From Acutalibacteraceae bacterium (GTDB lineage: Bacteria; Bacillota; Clostridia; Oscillospirales; Acutalibacteraceae), in NCBI GenBank assembly GCA_045599345.1, contig JAZRVV010000019.1, positions 3,103-67,102 on the forward strand: a stretch of DNA of 64,000 nt, written 5' to 3'. How positions within the stretch are numbered: the first letter of the stretch is position 1; each line of letters starts with the position of its first letter. Both the position numbers and the translations under genes were made by a program. Shown here piece by piece: positions 9,305-19,862 of this stretch. The notes under the pieces were generated by a model that did no database searches, had not been told where the DNA came from, and saw only the letters and a list, made by a program, of their open reading frames with translations.

Positions 9305-11011
9305 TTGGAAAACGAAATTGTAGAGGAAGTAATAGAAGAAAACATTGTTGAATACAATAGTTTTGCTGAGACAGTTGGCGAGATGGTTGGAGCATTCTTC
9401 CATTCTCTCTGGCTTCTTATTGCTATGCTTACAACCGACCTTTTCAACTTGATTTCGACATTCTTCAAGTTCCTTGGTCGTTCAATAAAGAATGCAATCG
9501 GCGGCAGCCTCTCAAACCTTCGCGCTGAATGGGCTGAGTTTAAACTTGAGTGCGTCGAGCAAAAACAGGGACTCCGTGGTCTTCGCCTTGTGTTCAAGGA
9601 CCACCCAACAATGATTTCTAACATTGTTAATACAGTCCTTCCTGTTTGTGGCTTTATCGTTCTTGTTGCCACAATCACTCACTGGAACTCAACCACATAT
9701 GCAATTGAGGTTGATTCAAGTGGCAAGAGCGTAGGCGTTGTTGCTGATGAGCAGGTATATGTAAATGCACAGGATCTTGTGAAGGAACGTTTCAGCACAG
9801 ACCTTGGTGCCGATGACAATGTGTCATCACTTTCAACCTCATACAAGATTGTTGAGGCAAAACCAACTGAAATCACTGACTCACAGACAGTAAGTGATAA
9901 CATAGTAGAGAGTACAAACTCTGATTCAACATACGCCTGTGGCGTATACATCGACGGCGAGTTTATCTGCGCACTCAAAACCGAGACAGATGCAATGCAG
10001 GTATTTAACAACATCATCGATGGATATGAGAAGGAAAATGCAAATGATGTTGTAGGCTTTACTCAGGACGTCAAGTTTGTACAGGGTATTTACGCAAACA
10101 ATGAGGAAACAATCTGGGACTCTCAGCAGCTTGCTGATACACTTACCAAGTCAAGATACAAGGAGCGCCATTACATAGTACAGGCAGGCGATACACTCTC
10201 AAACATCGCTTACTCAAATGGCATCAGCGTATCAGAGCTCATCGCACTTAACCCAGAGCATGAAAAGGAAATTCACGTAGGTGACGACCTCCTTGTTGCA
10301 GGTGATGTTAACTACGTTAACCTCAAGGTAGTTAAGACTGTTGTCAAGAATGAGGAGATTCCATTCAAGACAGTTAAAACTGAAAACAGCAGCATCTATA
10401 AGGGCACAACCAAGACAACACAAAAGGGTGTTAATGGTATCGACCAGGTTACATACATGGTAACTTACGTAGATGGTGTCCAGACAGGAATCAAGGAAGT
10501 TAACCGTACAACAATTAGACAGCCAGTAGATCAAAAGATCTCTGTTGGTACCAAGGCAATTGTTAAACAGACCAATCGCAATACAGGTTACTCATACACA
10601 CCAAGCACATATGTCAAGTCCTATGGTAGGCTTGTATGGCCAGCTCCTGGCATATACAAAGTTTCATCACCATTTGGACCAAGATGGGGCTCATTCCATG
10701 GTGGTATTGACCTTTCAACTGGTCGTGCAGGCTCAACAATTGTTGCGGCTGCAAGTGGTACAGTAACAATCGCTTCAAACGGCAATGCAGGTTATGGTAC
10801 TTACGTTATGATTAACCACAACAACGGTATGGAGACTCTCTATGCTCATATGGTTTACGGTTCAATCTGTGTAAGCACAGGCCAGTATGTATCAGCAGGT
10901 CAGCCAATTGGTATCTTGGGTTCAACTGGTAACTCAACAGGACCTCACCTTCATTTCGAGGTTCGTATCAATGGTTCAAAAGTAAACCCAGCTCCATACA
11001 TTGGCGCTTAA
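9305..11011 (+). CDS. Membrane-anchored LysM + G5 + M23 peptidoglycan endopeptidase
   Basis: TM segment near the N-terminus. LysM (YIVQAGDTLSNIAYSNGISVSELIALNP), G5 (IPFKTVKTENSSIYKGTTKTTQKGVNG ... ISVGTK) and M23 (GIDLSTGRAGS ... GPHLHFEVR). TTG start 7 nt after GGAGG. Confidence 0.85.
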   Translation: MENEIVEEVIEENIVEYNSFAETVGEMVGAFFHSLWLLIAMLTTDLFNLISTFFKFLGRSIKNAIGGSLSNLRAEWAEFKLECVEQKQGLRGLRLVFKDHPTMISNIVNTVLPVCGFIVLVATITHWNSTTYAIEVDSSGKSVGVVADEQVYVNAQDLVKERFSTDLGADDNVSSLSTSYKIVEAKPTEITDSQTVSDNIVESTNSDSTYACGVYIDGEFICALKTETDAMQVFNNIIDGYEKENANDVVGFTQDVKFVQGIYANNEETIWDSQQLADTLTKSRYKERHYIVQAGDTLSNIAYSNGISVSELIALNPEHEKEIHVGDDLLVAGDVNYVNLKVVKTVVKNEEIPFKTVKTENSSIYKGTTKTTQKGVNGIDQVTYMVTYVDGVQTGIKEVNRTTIRQPVDQKISVGTKAIVKQTNRNTGYSYTPSTYVKSYGRLVWPAPGIYKVSSPFGPRWGSFHGGIDLSTGRAGSTIVAAASGTVTIASNGNAGYGTYVMINHNNGMETLYAHMVYGSICVSTGQYVSAGQPIGILGSTGNSTGPHLHFEVRINGSKVNPAPYIGA

Positions 11012-11027
11012 TATTTGGAGGAACGCT

Positions 11028-11297
11028 ATGCGTGCAGTAATTACAGTAGTAGGAAAAGATCAGGTTGGCATCTGCGCAAAGACATCAACTCTTTGCGCTG
11101 AGCACAACGTTAATATAAGTGCAGTATCACAGAATATTTTTGATGATTTATTCTGCATGGTTATGCTTGTTGAGACTGACGGTCTTGATATCCCATTCGG
11201 CGACTTTGCCGATATCCTTGCAAGCGAAGGCAAGACCATGGGTCTTGACATCCACGTAATGCACGAAGATATCTTTAATGCTATGCACAAGGTATAA
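11028..11297 (+). CDS. ACT domain protein (UPF0237 family)
   Basis: About 89 aa from ATG 11028, with GGAGGA upstream. Starts with [15 protein letters not shown], typical of ACT. Paired with the UPF0210 gene downstream. Confidence 0.75.
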   Translation: MRAVITVVGKDQVGICAKTSTLCAEHNVNISAVSQNIFDDLFCMVMLVETDGLDIPFGDFADILASEGKTMGLDIHVMHEDIFNAMHKV

Positions 11298-11308
11298 GGA
11301 GAAAAACG

Positions 11309-12664
11309 ATGCTTGAAATTAATGACGTCTTTGAAACCGTCAGAATGATCGAGAATGAAAATCTCGATATTCGTACGATTACAATGGGCATCTCACTCCT
11401 TGACTGTTGTGACAGCGATATTGATAAAGCTTGTGACAAAGTTTATGAGAAGATTGTCCGCAAGGCAGAGAACCTTGTAAAAACAGGTGAGGACATTGAG
11501 CGCGAGTATGGTATCCCAATTATCAACAAGCGCGTATCTGTCACACCAATTTCAATGGTTCTTGCAGCCTCAGGCGGTGACCCGCTCAAGTACGCTAAAA
11601 CTTTGGAGCGTGCAGTTGACACAATTGGTGTTAACTTCCTTGGCGGTTACTCCGCACTTGTTCAAAAGGGTTTTGCTGCAGGCGATGAGGCACTCATCCG
11701 CAGCATTCCAGAGGCACTTGATATAACAGACCATATTTGCTCCTCAGTTAATATCGGTTCAACCAAGACCGGTATCAACATGGATGCAGTAAAACTTATG
11801 GGTGAAATAGTAAAGCAGTCTGCTGAGATTACAGCATACAAGGACTGCATTGGTCCTGCAAAGCTCGTTGTATTCTGCAACGCGCCAGAGGACAACCCAT
11901 TTATGGCTGGCGCGTTCCATGGCGCAGGCGAGCCCGACTGCGTAATCAATGTCGGCGTTTCAGGTCCTGGCGTTGTACGTTCTGCTATCAGCAGAATTCC
12001 AGACGCCAACATCACAGAAATCGCCGAGATGGTTAAACGCACAGCGTTTAAGATTACACGAGTTGGTCAACTCGTAGCAAACGAGGCATCTCGCCGTCTT
12101 GACGTGCCTTTTGGCATTGTCGATTTATCTCTCGCTCCAACTCCTGCTGTCGGCGACTCCGTTGCCTACATCTTGGAGGAGATGGGCCTCGAGCAATGCG
12201 GCGCGCACGGCACAACGGCCTGCCTCGCACTCCTCAATGACGCAGTTAAAAAGGGTGGCGTTATGGCATCCTCTCACGTTGGTGGACTTTCAGGCGCATT
12301 TATTCCAGTATCAGAGGATGCTGGTATGATAAACGCAGCACGCAGTGGCTGCCTCAAGATTGAAAAGCTTGAAGCTATGACAGCTGTATGCTCTGTTGGT
12401 CTTGATATGATAGTTATCCCAGGCGATACAACACCAGCAGTTATCTCTGCAATCATCGCTGATGAGGCCGCTATTGGTATGGTCAACTCCAAGACAACTG
12501 CTGTTCGTGTAATCCCAGCAGTTGGCAAGAACGTTGGCGACGAGCTTGAGTTCGGTGGTCTTTTGGGTTCAGGCCCTGTAATGCCAATAAATACCAAGAG
12601 CCCAGAGAAGTTTATCTCTCGTGGTGGCAGAATTCCTGCACCATTGCAGAGCCTTAAGAATTAG
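11309..12664 (+). CDS. UPF0210/PFL-like family protein
   Basis: 451 aa. Its sequence character and fixed pairing with the small ACT protein match the UPF0210 family as I remember it. Confidence 0.75.
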   Translation: MLEINDVFETVRMIENENLDIRTITMGISLLDCCDSDIDKACDKVYEKIVRKAENLVKTGEDIEREYGIPIINKRVSVTPISMVLAASGGDPLKYAKTLERAVDTIGVNFLGGYSALVQKGFAAGDEALIRSIPEALDITDHICSSVNIGSTKTGINMDAVKLMGEIVKQSAEITAYKDCIGPAKLVVFCNAPEDNPFMAGAFHGAGEPDCVINVGVSGPGVVRSAISRIPDANITEIAEMVKRTAFKITRVGQLVANEASRRLDVPFGIVDLSLAPTPAVGDSVAYILEEMGLEQCGAHGTTACLALLNDAVKKGGVMASSHVGGLSGAFIPVSEDAGMINAARSGCLKIEKLEAMTAVCSVGLDMIVIPGDTTPAVISAIIADEAAIGMVNSKTTAVRVIPAVGKNVGDELEFGGLLGSGPVMPINTKSPEKFISRGGRIPAPLQSLKN

Positions 12665-12704
12665 TGTATAATTAGAGCGAACTTTGAGAAAAGGAGTCTT
12701 AAAT

Positions 12705-12890
12705 ATGGAAATTACAAAAGACACACTTATCGGCGATCTTCTTGATGCAAAACCAGACGCAGCACCTTTCCTTCTCGAGATGGGAATGCATTGTCTCGGA
12801 TGTCCTTCAGCTCGTGGAGAGTCAATTGAGGATGCATGTGCAGTTCACGGCGTAAACGTTGATGAACTTCTTGCTAAGATAAACGCATAA
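12705..12890 (+). CDS. DUF1858-like small redox-disulfide domain protein
   Basis: 61 aa from ATG 12705 after AAAGGAG. Contains the motif GMHCLGCP. Confidence 0.6.
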   Translation: MEITKDTLIGDLLDAKPDAAPFLLEMGMHCLGCPSARGESIEDACAVHGVNVDELLAKINA

Positions 12891-12896
12891 GGATAA

Positions 12897-12930
12897 GGGG
12901 TGAAGGACAAACGGTGCCTTCACCTTTTTT
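12897..12930 (+). terminator. Rho-independent terminator
   Basis: Stem ggtgaagg/ccttcacc with a 10-nt loop, then tttttt. It lies inside the 5' extension of the ORF-track trmK ORF. Confidence 0.7.
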
Positions 12931-12938
12931 ATGATATT

Positions 12939-13589
12939 ATGAAACTTGATTTAAGACTTACTATGGTGGCGTCCCTCATAAGACCAGGGAAGCCAATTGC
13001 TGACATAGGCACAGACCATGCCTATGTCCCTGTTTATTTAATAAAGAATGATATTATTCCATCTGCCTATGCCTGTGATGTTAAGATAGGACCACTTGAT
13101 AACGCAAAGAAGACAATTGAGGAGTTTGAACTTGAGGACAAAATCACCCCAATTCTCTCCGATGGCCTTATTAGTGTTCCGCATGACGTAAGCGATTTTG
13201 TAATCGCCGGTATGGGCGGTGAGCTCATTGCTAAAATCCTCTCCGACTCGCCATGGGTCAAGGCGGAGGGCAATCACTTTGTCCTTCAACCACAGACACA
13301 TGCCGAGAGCCTAAGACGCTTCCTTTTTAGCGAAGGGTATGAAATCCTAAAAGAGGATGTAGTAAAGGATAAACGTCACCTCTATCTCGCTATGGAAGTA
13401 GTGTATACTGGCAAAGTATTTGTCCACACTGAAAGTGATTACTATTTAGGTGAGCTCAAGAATTCTAGTAGTATATATAGAAATGATTACATTAAATATA
13501 TGATTTCTCGCCTTGACGTTCAGTACAAGGCAACAAGGAACGAGGATGTAAAAGCCTTAATTGATAACTTTAAGGAGGCCCTTTCATGA
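12939..13589 (+). CDS. trmK: tRNA (adenine22-N1)-methyltransferase TrmK
   Basis: ADIGTDHAYVP motif and length fit TrmK, and Nif3 follows. I moved the start to ATG 12939, downstream of the terminator hairpin. Confidence 0.75.
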   Translation: MKLDLRLTMVASLIRPGKPIADIGTDHAYVPVYLIKNDIIPSAYACDVKIGPLDNAKKTIEEFELEDKITPILSDGLISVPHDVSDFVIAGMGGELIAKILSDSPWVKAEGNHFVLQPQTHAESLRRFLFSEGYEILKEDVVKDKRHLYLAMEVVYTGKVFVHTESDYYLGELKNSSSIYRNDYIKYMISRLDVQYKATRNEDVKALIDNFKEALS

Positions 13590-14344
13590 GTACAGTACGC
13601 GATATATATGGCTTTATAGACGAGATTGCTCCATTCTCCACACAGGAGGACTGGGATAACTCTGGCCTTTTAGTGGGCAATGAGAATGCAGAGGTTAAGA
13701 AAATTGCACTCTGCCTGGATGCAACTAATGAGACATTAGAAAAAGCAATGGACTTTGGTGCAGACCTTCTCATCACACATCATCCAATCATTTGGGAGCC
13801 ACTCAAGTTTGTACCATCAGATACCCTTGTAAGCAAGGCAATAAGACAGGGCATTAATGTAATCTCATGCCACACAAACTGGGACCTTGCAGAGGCAGGT
13901 GTCAGCTGTGTGCTAGCGTCCCTTATTGGGCTCAATGATATTGAGAAACTTGAACCAGAGGGTGAACTCTCAATGGTACGTGTTGGCACACTTCCTATGC
14001 CAATGGCAGCAAGGGACCTTGCAGGACTTGTCTCCGATGCACTTGATGCAGTCGTTGCAGTAACATCTCCTGACAAGGAGATAAGCACTGTTGCTGTATG
14101 CGGTGGAGCGGGCGCTTGCTTCCTTTCGGATTTAAAGCGCCACGGTGTTGACGCATTCGTGACAGGTGAGGCCAAGCATAACGAGTATTTGGATGCAAGG
14201 GAACTTGATGTATCACTCCTCTGTGCTGGTCACTATGAGACAGAGACAGTAAGTATGCCAGTTCTTAAAAACCTTTTAAAGGAAGAATTTAATGACATCG
14301 AGTACCTCTATATTGAGGATGCTCCAGTAGAATATATAGGCTAG
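13586..14344 (+). CDS. Nif3-like dinuclear metal centre protein
   Basis: 252 aa with the DLLITHHP motif. It overlaps the trmK stop by 4 nt. Confidence 0.85.
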   Translation: MSTVRDIYGFIDEIAPFSTQEDWDNSGLLVGNENAEVKKIALCLDATNETLEKAMDFGADLLITHHPIIWEPLKFVPSDTLVSKAIRQGINVISCHTNWDLAEAGVSCVLASLIGLNDIEKLEPEGELSMVRVGTLPMPMAARDLAGLVSDALDAVVAVTSPDKEISTVAVCGGAGACFLSDLKRHGVDAFVTGEAKHNEYLDARELDVSLLCAGHYETETVSMPVLKNLLKEEFNDIEYLYIEDAPVEYIG

Positions 14345-14352
14345 GTGATAAA

Positions 14353-16071
14353 ATGTCACTTGATGGCATCTTTTTGCACACGATAAAGTGCGAACTTCAA
14401 AACAGAATACTGGGTGCCAAAGTGGACAAGGTATACGAGCCAACAAGAGAGGATTTAATCCTCTCTTTGCGCACTCGTGACCGAGACAACGTCAAGCTCT
14501 TGCTCTGTGCAAGGGCTAATTCTCCGCGCGTTTCAATAACCACCGAGCAGTACGAGAATCCAGCGTCTCCACCAATGCTTTGCATGCTTCTTCGCAAGCG
14601 CCTTGGTGGTGCTACTCTCACTGATATCCATCAAGAGAGCTGTGATAGAATTCTCTACCTTGATTTCCTTGCAACCAATGAAATGGGTGAGAAGGAAAAG
14701 CTTACTCTTGTCGTTGAGATTATGGCGCAATACAGCAATGTAATTTTGATTGATGAGGATAAAAAAATAATCGACGCTCTAAAACGCGTTGACTATTCAA
14801 AGTCATCGAGAAGGCTTATCCTGCCAGGAGTACAGTATGAACTTCCGCCACAGCAGGACAAGGTTAACATTTTTGAAAATCAAGATATCAAGTCACTTAT
14901 CATTGCAAAGGGTGGCACTGACAAAGCATATATGTCAACTTTGATGGGACTCTCTCCAGTAGTTGCAAGGGAACTTGAGACCAAGACAGTTGATGAATCA
15001 ATAGACATATTGCTTAGCTATAAAAACGGTTCAAATAAGTATTACCTCTTAAAGGATGAGAATGGCAAACCGTTTGAGTTCTCATATATGCCTATTTTGC
15101 AGTATGGCACGACGGTTGAAGCGGTTGAATATGACAGCGCCTTTTCTCTTTTGGAGGACTACTATGCCAAAAGAGATAGCATTGAGCGCATGTCACATCG
15201 CACATACGATTTGCGCCGTGTGATGATCAATGCTCGCGAGCGTATCGCACGCAAGCTTGACATCCAGCGCGCAGAACTCGATAAATGTGCGGACCGTGAA
15301 ACATTGCGCATCTCTGCTGAACTTATAAATGCAAACCTTTATAAGCTCCAAAAAGGCGCCCCGTACTTTGATCTTGAAAACTACTATGATGAAAACAAAA
15401 TCATGAGAGTCAAAGTAAATCCAGCACTCACACCTGCTCAAAACTCGCAGAAGTATTTCAAAGAATACAAGAAAACATACACTGCTGAGAAGAAGCTCAA
15501 AGAACAGATAGAGTCTGGCCTTTTGGAACTTGAATATATTGAAACAGTCCTTGACGCTCTGACTCGTGTTGAAAACGAAAAGGATATTTTGAGCATCAGA
15601 GCAGAACTCATTGAACAGGGATATATCAAGAATAAGTATGATGCCAAAGGCAAACTCTCAAAGGCAAAGCCACAGCAGAAGGTGTCATCGCTCCCACCGA
15701 TTGAGTACAGGACAACAGATGGTTTTAGGGTGCTTGTTGGTCGAAACAACCTCCAAAATGACAAGCTGTCGATGAAGAGTGCAAACAAACTCGATATGTG
15801 GATGCATACCAAGGATTTCCCTGGCTCACACGTCATAATTGAAAATCAAAATGGTGTGGTATCTGACCAGGCGATAGAGGAGGCAGCAGTCATCGCAGCT
15901 TACCATAGCTCAGCTGGCGAGAGTGGAGCAAAAAAAATACCAGTTGATTATACTTTGGTTAAAAACCTCAAGAAACCAACTGGTGCCAAACCAGGCAAAG
16001 TTATTTTCCATGAAAACTGGACAATCTATGTCACACCTGACGAAGAACTAGTATCAAAACTCAAACAATAA
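14353..16071 (+). CDS. rqcH: RqcH / FbpA NFACT-family ribosome quality-control protein
   Basis: 572 aa with an NFACT-N start (MSLDGIFLH), a central coiled coil, and the NFACT-R motif DMWMHTKDFPGSHVII. Confidence 0.85.
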   Translation: MSLDGIFLHTIKCELQNRILGAKVDKVYEPTREDLILSLRTRDRDNVKLLLCARANSPRVSITTEQYENPASPPMLCMLLRKRLGGATLTDIHQESCDRILYLDFLATNEMGEKEKLTLVVEIMAQYSNVILIDEDKKIIDALKRVDYSKSSRRLILPGVQYELPPQQDKVNIFENQDIKSLIIAKGGTDKAYMSTLMGLSPVVARELETKTVDESIDILLSYKNGSNKYYLLKDENGKPFEFSYMPILQYGTTVEAVEYDSAFSLLEDYYAKRDSIERMSHRTYDLRRVMINARERIARKLDIQRAELDKCADRETLRISAELINANLYKLQKGAPYFDLENYYDENKIMRVKVNPALTPAQNSQKYFKEYKKTYTAEKKLKEQIESGLLELEYIETVLDALTRVENEKDILSIRAELIEQGYIKNKYDAKGKLSKAKPQQKVSSLPPIEYRTTDGFRVLVGRNNLQNDKLSMKSANKLDMWMHTKDFPGSHVIIENQNGVVSDQAIEEAAVIAAYHSSAGESGAKKIPVDYTLVKNLKKPTGAKPGKVIFHENWTIYVTPDEELVSKLKQ

Positions 16072-16076
16072 ATAAA

Positions 16077-16115
16077 GCCTCGACAGCATTGCTACTGTCG
16101 AGGCCTTCGCTTTTT
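16077..16115 (+). terminator. Rho-independent terminator after rqcH
   Basis: 10-bp stem gcctcgacag/ctgtcgaggc, followed by cttcgcttttt. Confidence 0.7.
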
Positions 16116-16256
16116 AAAAATTTTTCGGGAAGCAAAAAGCGATGTGTAATAGGATGTCCTAATGTCCTATTGAGGGAATAATACACAATAAACCTTAAAA
16201 TAACCTTAAACGGACAAAAACAAATAAATTGTCTAAAAATAATAGTCTCTCACCTG

Positions 16257-17129
16257 TTAGTGAGAGACTATTTCAAGTCCTGATTTAACTGGCTTAATAA
16301 TAAATGTGTCTGGCCATTTTTCCTTGAGCTTTGAAGCACAAGAGCGAGCCTTAATCTCGCTGTCAAAGAGTGCGTAGACCGATGGACCAGAGCCACTCAT
16401 GCAACAGGCTTTGCAACCGTGGTTGCGCATGATTGATTTGATATCAACTCTGTCTGGTACTTCAACGAACTGTTCAAAGACGTTCTTGATACTCTGATAG
16501 AAGTACTCATCATCGCCCTTTTCAATGGCGTGGATGATACCCTTTCTATCGCAGTGACGTATGTTTTCGGCCGTGTCAAAAGCGTCATATGCCGCCTTTG
16601 TTGACACGTCCTGATTAGGCTTTACAAGTACGATGTACTGATCCTTAATCGGTGTCAGAGGTGCCAATACTTGACCGATGTCAAGTGCCACCATTGTGCC
16701 ACCTTTGAGGCAGAATGGTACATCTGCGCCTACCTTTACACCTATGGCGCAAAGCTCGTCAACACTCAGATGTAACTCTAGTATCTCGTTTAATGCGGCA
16801 ATTACTGCTGCAGCGTCCGCGCTGCCACCAGCAAGACCCGCTGCGAACGGGATATTTTTTTCTATGTGAATTTTGATGCCTGGATTTGGGACCTTGGCAT
16901 ACTTAAAGAATGCCATTGCAGCCTTGTATGCGATGTTGTGCTCATCGCAAGGAAGGGCATCATTACTACAGGAGAGTTCAATTTCATTTTTGTTGCCAGT
17001 CAAATCAACAGTGACATAGTCATAGAGGCCAATTGATTGCATAATCATAAAGAGGCTGTGGTAGCCGTCGTCTGTCTGGCCCAAAATGTCAAGCATGAGG
17101 TTGATTTTGGCGTTTGCTCTTATAACCAT
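16257..17129 (-). CDS. ispE: 4-diphosphocytidyl-2-C-methyl-D-erythritol kinase
   Basis: 290 aa with the GHMP kinase motif PFAAGLAGGSADAAA and the N-terminal KINL pattern. Confidence 0.9.
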   Translation of the reverse strand: MVIRANAKINLMLDILGQTDDGYHSLFMIMQSIGLYDYVTVDLTGNKNEIELSCSNDALPCDEHNIAYKAAMAFFKYAKVPNPGIKIHIEKNIPFAAGLAGGSADAAAVIAALNEILELHLSVDELCAIGVKVGADVPFCLKGGTMVALDIGQVLAPLTPIKDQYIVLVKPNQDVSTKAAYDAFDTAENIRHCDRKGIIHAIEKGDDEYFYQSIKNVFEQFVEVPDRVDIKSIMRNHGCKACCMSGSGPSVYALFDSEIKARSCASKLKEKWPDTFIIKPVKSGLEIVSH

Positions 17130-17316
17130 ATGAACACTCCTTTCTTTGAGATGGACTATAATACTACATTATTTTACCATAATCAAGTATTGTCATTTTG
17201 AACAAATTGTTAACGGCCTACTCGTGCAATATTGTTAATGCATCCGTAGATATTTTATTTTAATTTTGGTATATTATTACTGGTTAAATTTGCATTTTCA
17301 ATTGGAGTTGATTTTG

Positions 17317-17913
17317 ATGAAAGGAAATAGAGCACTCAGATTGCTTGCAACAGTCGTTACTATCGTTATTCTCATATGCTCATTGTCTTTATTTGCCTTC
17401 GCAGAATCAACTTTTTCTATTCCAGATGGCACCAAGACAGTTTCACCTGGCATGGTTCCAGATGATGCAACAACGGTTAACATCCCAAATTCCGTTGTCG
17501 CAATTGAGTCCGGTGCTTTCGTAAACTGTAAGGGACTTAACACAGTCAACATTGACAATGTTAGTGGTTCAGTGCTTTATGACGCTTCTGCATTCTATGG
17601 TGGAACAATATCTGTTCGTTACCTTATGGCAAATGTTCCTACATCAACTGTTACAACAACAGAGCCTGCGAAAGTAGTGCCAGAGACAACAACTGAACCA
17701 GAGACAGAGGTTATTGTTGATGCAACACCATTTGCTGCAGCAAAGCAGGAACTCTCAGATGTTGATGTTTGGGATCAGCTTGTTGACAACGCTGGTCCAC
17801 TAGAGTCACCACAGGACACATCAACTGTTCTTTCAAGAGTAATTGCATATGGTGTAACCGGTATTGTATGTATCGGTGCAGTTGCCCTTTGCGTAATTAA
17901 ATTTAAGAAGTAA
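17317..17913 (+). CDS. Secreted protein with one BspA-type LRR segment, a T/E/P-rich linker and a C-terminal TM anchor
   Basis: Signal peptide from ATG 17317. LRR-like IPNSVVAIESGAFVNCKGLNTVNI. C-terminal GIVCIGAVALCVIKFKK. Confidence 0.5.
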   Translation: MKGNRALRLLATVVTIVILICSLSLFAFAESTFSIPDGTKTVSPGMVPDDATTVNIPNSVVAIESGAFVNCKGLNTVNIDNVSGSVLYDASAFYGGTISVRYLMANVPTSTVTTTEPAKVVPETTTEPETEVIVDATPFAAAKQELSDVDVWDQLVDNAGPLESPQDTSTVLSRVIAYGVTGIVCIGAVALCVIKFKK

Positions 17914-17917
17914 TTTA

Positions 17918-17945
17918 AAACTCCGCACAAACTGCGGAGTTTTTA
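17918..17945 (+). terminator. Rho-independent terminator
   Basis: Stem actccgca/tgcggagt followed by tttt. Confidence 0.7.
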
Positions 17946-17968
17946 TAATAAAAGAGGGAGGGATAAGC

Positions 17969-19255
17969 ATGGACAAAGAAGTCAAGGATTCTTATGAACA
18001 GACAGCTAAAGTGGAAGTTCGCAAGTTCTATGTTCACATCATTGTCTGCTTAAAGTGGATAGGCCTCGCACTTTTTGAAGGCGCTGTTCTTGGCCTTATT
18101 GCTACTGCTTTTGCTTATTCCTTAAAGTATGCAACAAACCTTCGCATAGCGCATCCACAGCTCATCGCTGGTTTGCCGTTTGCGGGCCTTTTTATTGTAT
18201 TCCTCTATGACAAGTTTGGTTCCGATGTAATGAAGGGCACCAACTCTGTGCTTGCGTCAATTAATTCTGATGAGAAAATGCATTTTGTTATGATGCCACT
18301 CATCTTTGTTTCATCGATTATCTCGCACCTTTTTGGTGCATCTGTCGGCCGTGAAGGCGCTGCGCTTCAAATGGGCGCTTCAATGGGCCACACTTTTGCA
18401 AAGGCGCTAAAACTCAATGAGAATGATCAAAAGATTATGATCATGACTGGCATGAGCGCCGCCTTTGCAGCACTTTTTGGCACGCCACTCGCGGCCGCAA
18501 TATTTGCAATGGAAGTAATCAGCGTCGGCGTAATGTATTACGCAGCGCTTGTTCCTTGCCTTGTGTCAGCACTCACTGCATTTAATCTTGCAAAGCTTTT
18601 AGGTGTTGAGTACGCTCAGTATAAACTCATAACTATCCCAGAGTTCACGCCATACACTGTTGGCATGACGGCCCTTATGGGACTCCTCTTTGCAGTAATA
18701 GCAATAATAATTTGCGTTGCATTTGCTCTCTCTGAGAGGGTGTTCAATCGCAAGTTCCAAAATCCATATATCAAGATAGCAGTTGCTGGCGCAGCCGTTG
18801 CATTGCTTTCCTTCATTTTTAGAGATGGCGCATACAACGGTATCGGCACAGACGTTATCGCAAATGCACTTACTGGCAAAGTTGTCTGGTACGCTTTCAT
18901 CCTAAAGCTCATCTTTACATCCCTATCTCTCTCAGGCGGATACAGGGGTGGCGAGATCGTACCGGTTCTTTACATTGGCGCAACCTTTGGTTGCCTTATC
19001 GGTGGGCTTCTTGGAATGCCACCAGCTTTCTGCGCCGCACTTGGCATGGTCGCAGTATTCTGTGGCGTTACAAACAGCCCAATCTCATCCATCCTCATAG
19101 GAGTTGAGATGTTCGGCGGACAGGGACTTTGGTTCTTCTGCCTCGCAATTGCACTCAGTTATATGCTCTCTGGATACTTCGGTATTTACAAGAGTCAACT
19201 TATTATATATTCGAAATACAGATCAGTATATGTCAGAAAAACAGCAAAACGTTAA
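17969..19255 (+). CDS. ClC-family voltage-gated chloride channel/antiporter
   Basis: 428 aa, polytopic, with GREGAALQMG and GTPLAAAIFAME motifs. Confidence 0.85.
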   Translation: MDKEVKDSYEQTAKVEVRKFYVHIIVCLKWIGLALFEGAVLGLIATAFAYSLKYATNLRIAHPQLIAGLPFAGLFIVFLYDKFGSDVMKGTNSVLASINSDEKMHFVMMPLIFVSSIISHLFGASVGREGAALQMGASMGHTFAKALKLNENDQKIMIMTGMSAAFAALFGTPLAAAIFAMEVISVGVMYYAALVPCLVSALTAFNLAKLLGVEYAQYKLITIPEFTPYTVGMTALMGLLFAVIAIIICVAFALSERVFNRKFQNPYIKIAVAGAAVALLSFIFRDGAYNGIGTDVIANALTGKVVWYAFILKLIFTSLSLSGGYRGGEIVPVLYIGATFGCLIGGLLGMPPAFCAALGMVAVFCGVTNSPISSILIGVEMFGGQGLWFFCLAIALSYMLSGYFGIYKSQLIIYSKYRSVYVRKTAKR

Positions 19256-19265
19256 GGAGAAAAAT

Positions 19266-19862
19266 ATGTCATATGTAATTACAATTGGTCGTCAACATGG
19301 ATGTGGCGGACGCGTAATCGGCAAGGATCTCGCAGACCGCTTAGGCATCGAATACTACGACAAAAACATAATCCATCAGCTCATCGCAGATGACTGTGGT
19401 ATTGATGAGGAATTAGTATCTGAACTTATGGAAAAGAAGGGTTCAAGCCTCCTCTATGAGATGGCAAGTTTTGGAAAAACTAATCCACTTGATGAGCAGG
19501 TATTCCTCTCAAAAACCAAGATAATCAAGGAACTTGCTGACCATCACTCATGTGTAATAGTAGGTAAGTGCGCAGATTACATTCTTCGTGACTATGATAA
19601 CGTTCTTAACGTTTTCCTCTATGCAGACGTTCAGGACAGAATAGACAGAATTGTCAGCGTATACAAGGACTTCCCAGCAATCACTGAGAAGGAAATCAAC
19701 AAGATGGACAGACAGCGTTCAAACTACTATCACTTCTACACCACACGCAAGTGGGGAGACCGTAAAAACTACGATATTATGATTAACACAAGTGTCGGCC
19801 TTAACAATGTTACTTCAATGCTTGAGACTATCGCTCGTGGCAGATTTGGAGGACAGAACTAA
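19266..19862 (+). CDS. Cytidylate kinase-like family protein
   Basis: Starts at ATG 19266 after AAGGAGAAAAAT. P-loop-like ITIGRQHGCGG. The ORF-track 5' extension overlaps the ClC gene. Confidence 0.7.
   Translation: MSYVITIGRQHGCGGRVIGKDLADRLGIEYYDKNIIHQLIADDCGIDEELVSELMEKKGSSLLYEMASFGKTNPLDEQVFLSKTKIIKELADHHSCVIVGKCADYILRDYDNVLNVFLYADVQDRIDRIVSVYKDFPAITEKEINKMDRQRSNYYHFYTTRKWGDRKNYDIMINTSVGLNNVTSMLETIARGRFGGQN

Noticed and set aside
9187-9678. 163-aa minus-strand ORF. The same class includes 20359-20922(-), 27007-27588(-), 29064-29579(-), 40883-41446(+), 56911-57498(-), 57508-58059(-), 8174-8620(-) and 15438-15836(-).
   Set aside because: All lie antisense to, or out of frame within, strongly supported genes (recG/M23, MATE, gspF, pilT region, glgP, PTS-like, proB, recG, rqcH). 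They have no RBS and their composition is typical of shadow ORFs.
16148-16171. Tandem octamer atgtccta x2 inside the small inverted repeat aatagga/tcctatt, plus the nearby aaccttaaa x2, in the rqcH-ispE spacer.
   Set aside because: They are too short to distinguish from chance in AT-rich intergenic DNA. No associated promoter or gene context is visible.
17740-17913. Possible sortase substrate: the C-terminal ...LESPQDTSTVLSRVIAYGVTGIVCIGAVALCVIKFKK (TM segment plus basic tail) of the LRR protein.
   Set aside because: SPQDTS does not fit LPxTG, NPxTN or (S/P)PxTG spacing (one residue too many), and it lies about 10 residues from the TM segment. I treat the C-terminus as a plain membrane anchor.
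17914-17968. Looked for a fluoride (crcB-motif) riboswitch upstream of the ClC gene.
   Set aside because: The 55-nt spacer holds only a terminator hairpin and an RBS.
19104-19265. N-terminal extension of the cytidylate-kinase-like ORF.
   Set aside because: The extension overlaps the 3' end of the ClC gene. The internal ATG 19266 has a strong AAGGAG RBS and gives the family-typical N-terminus.
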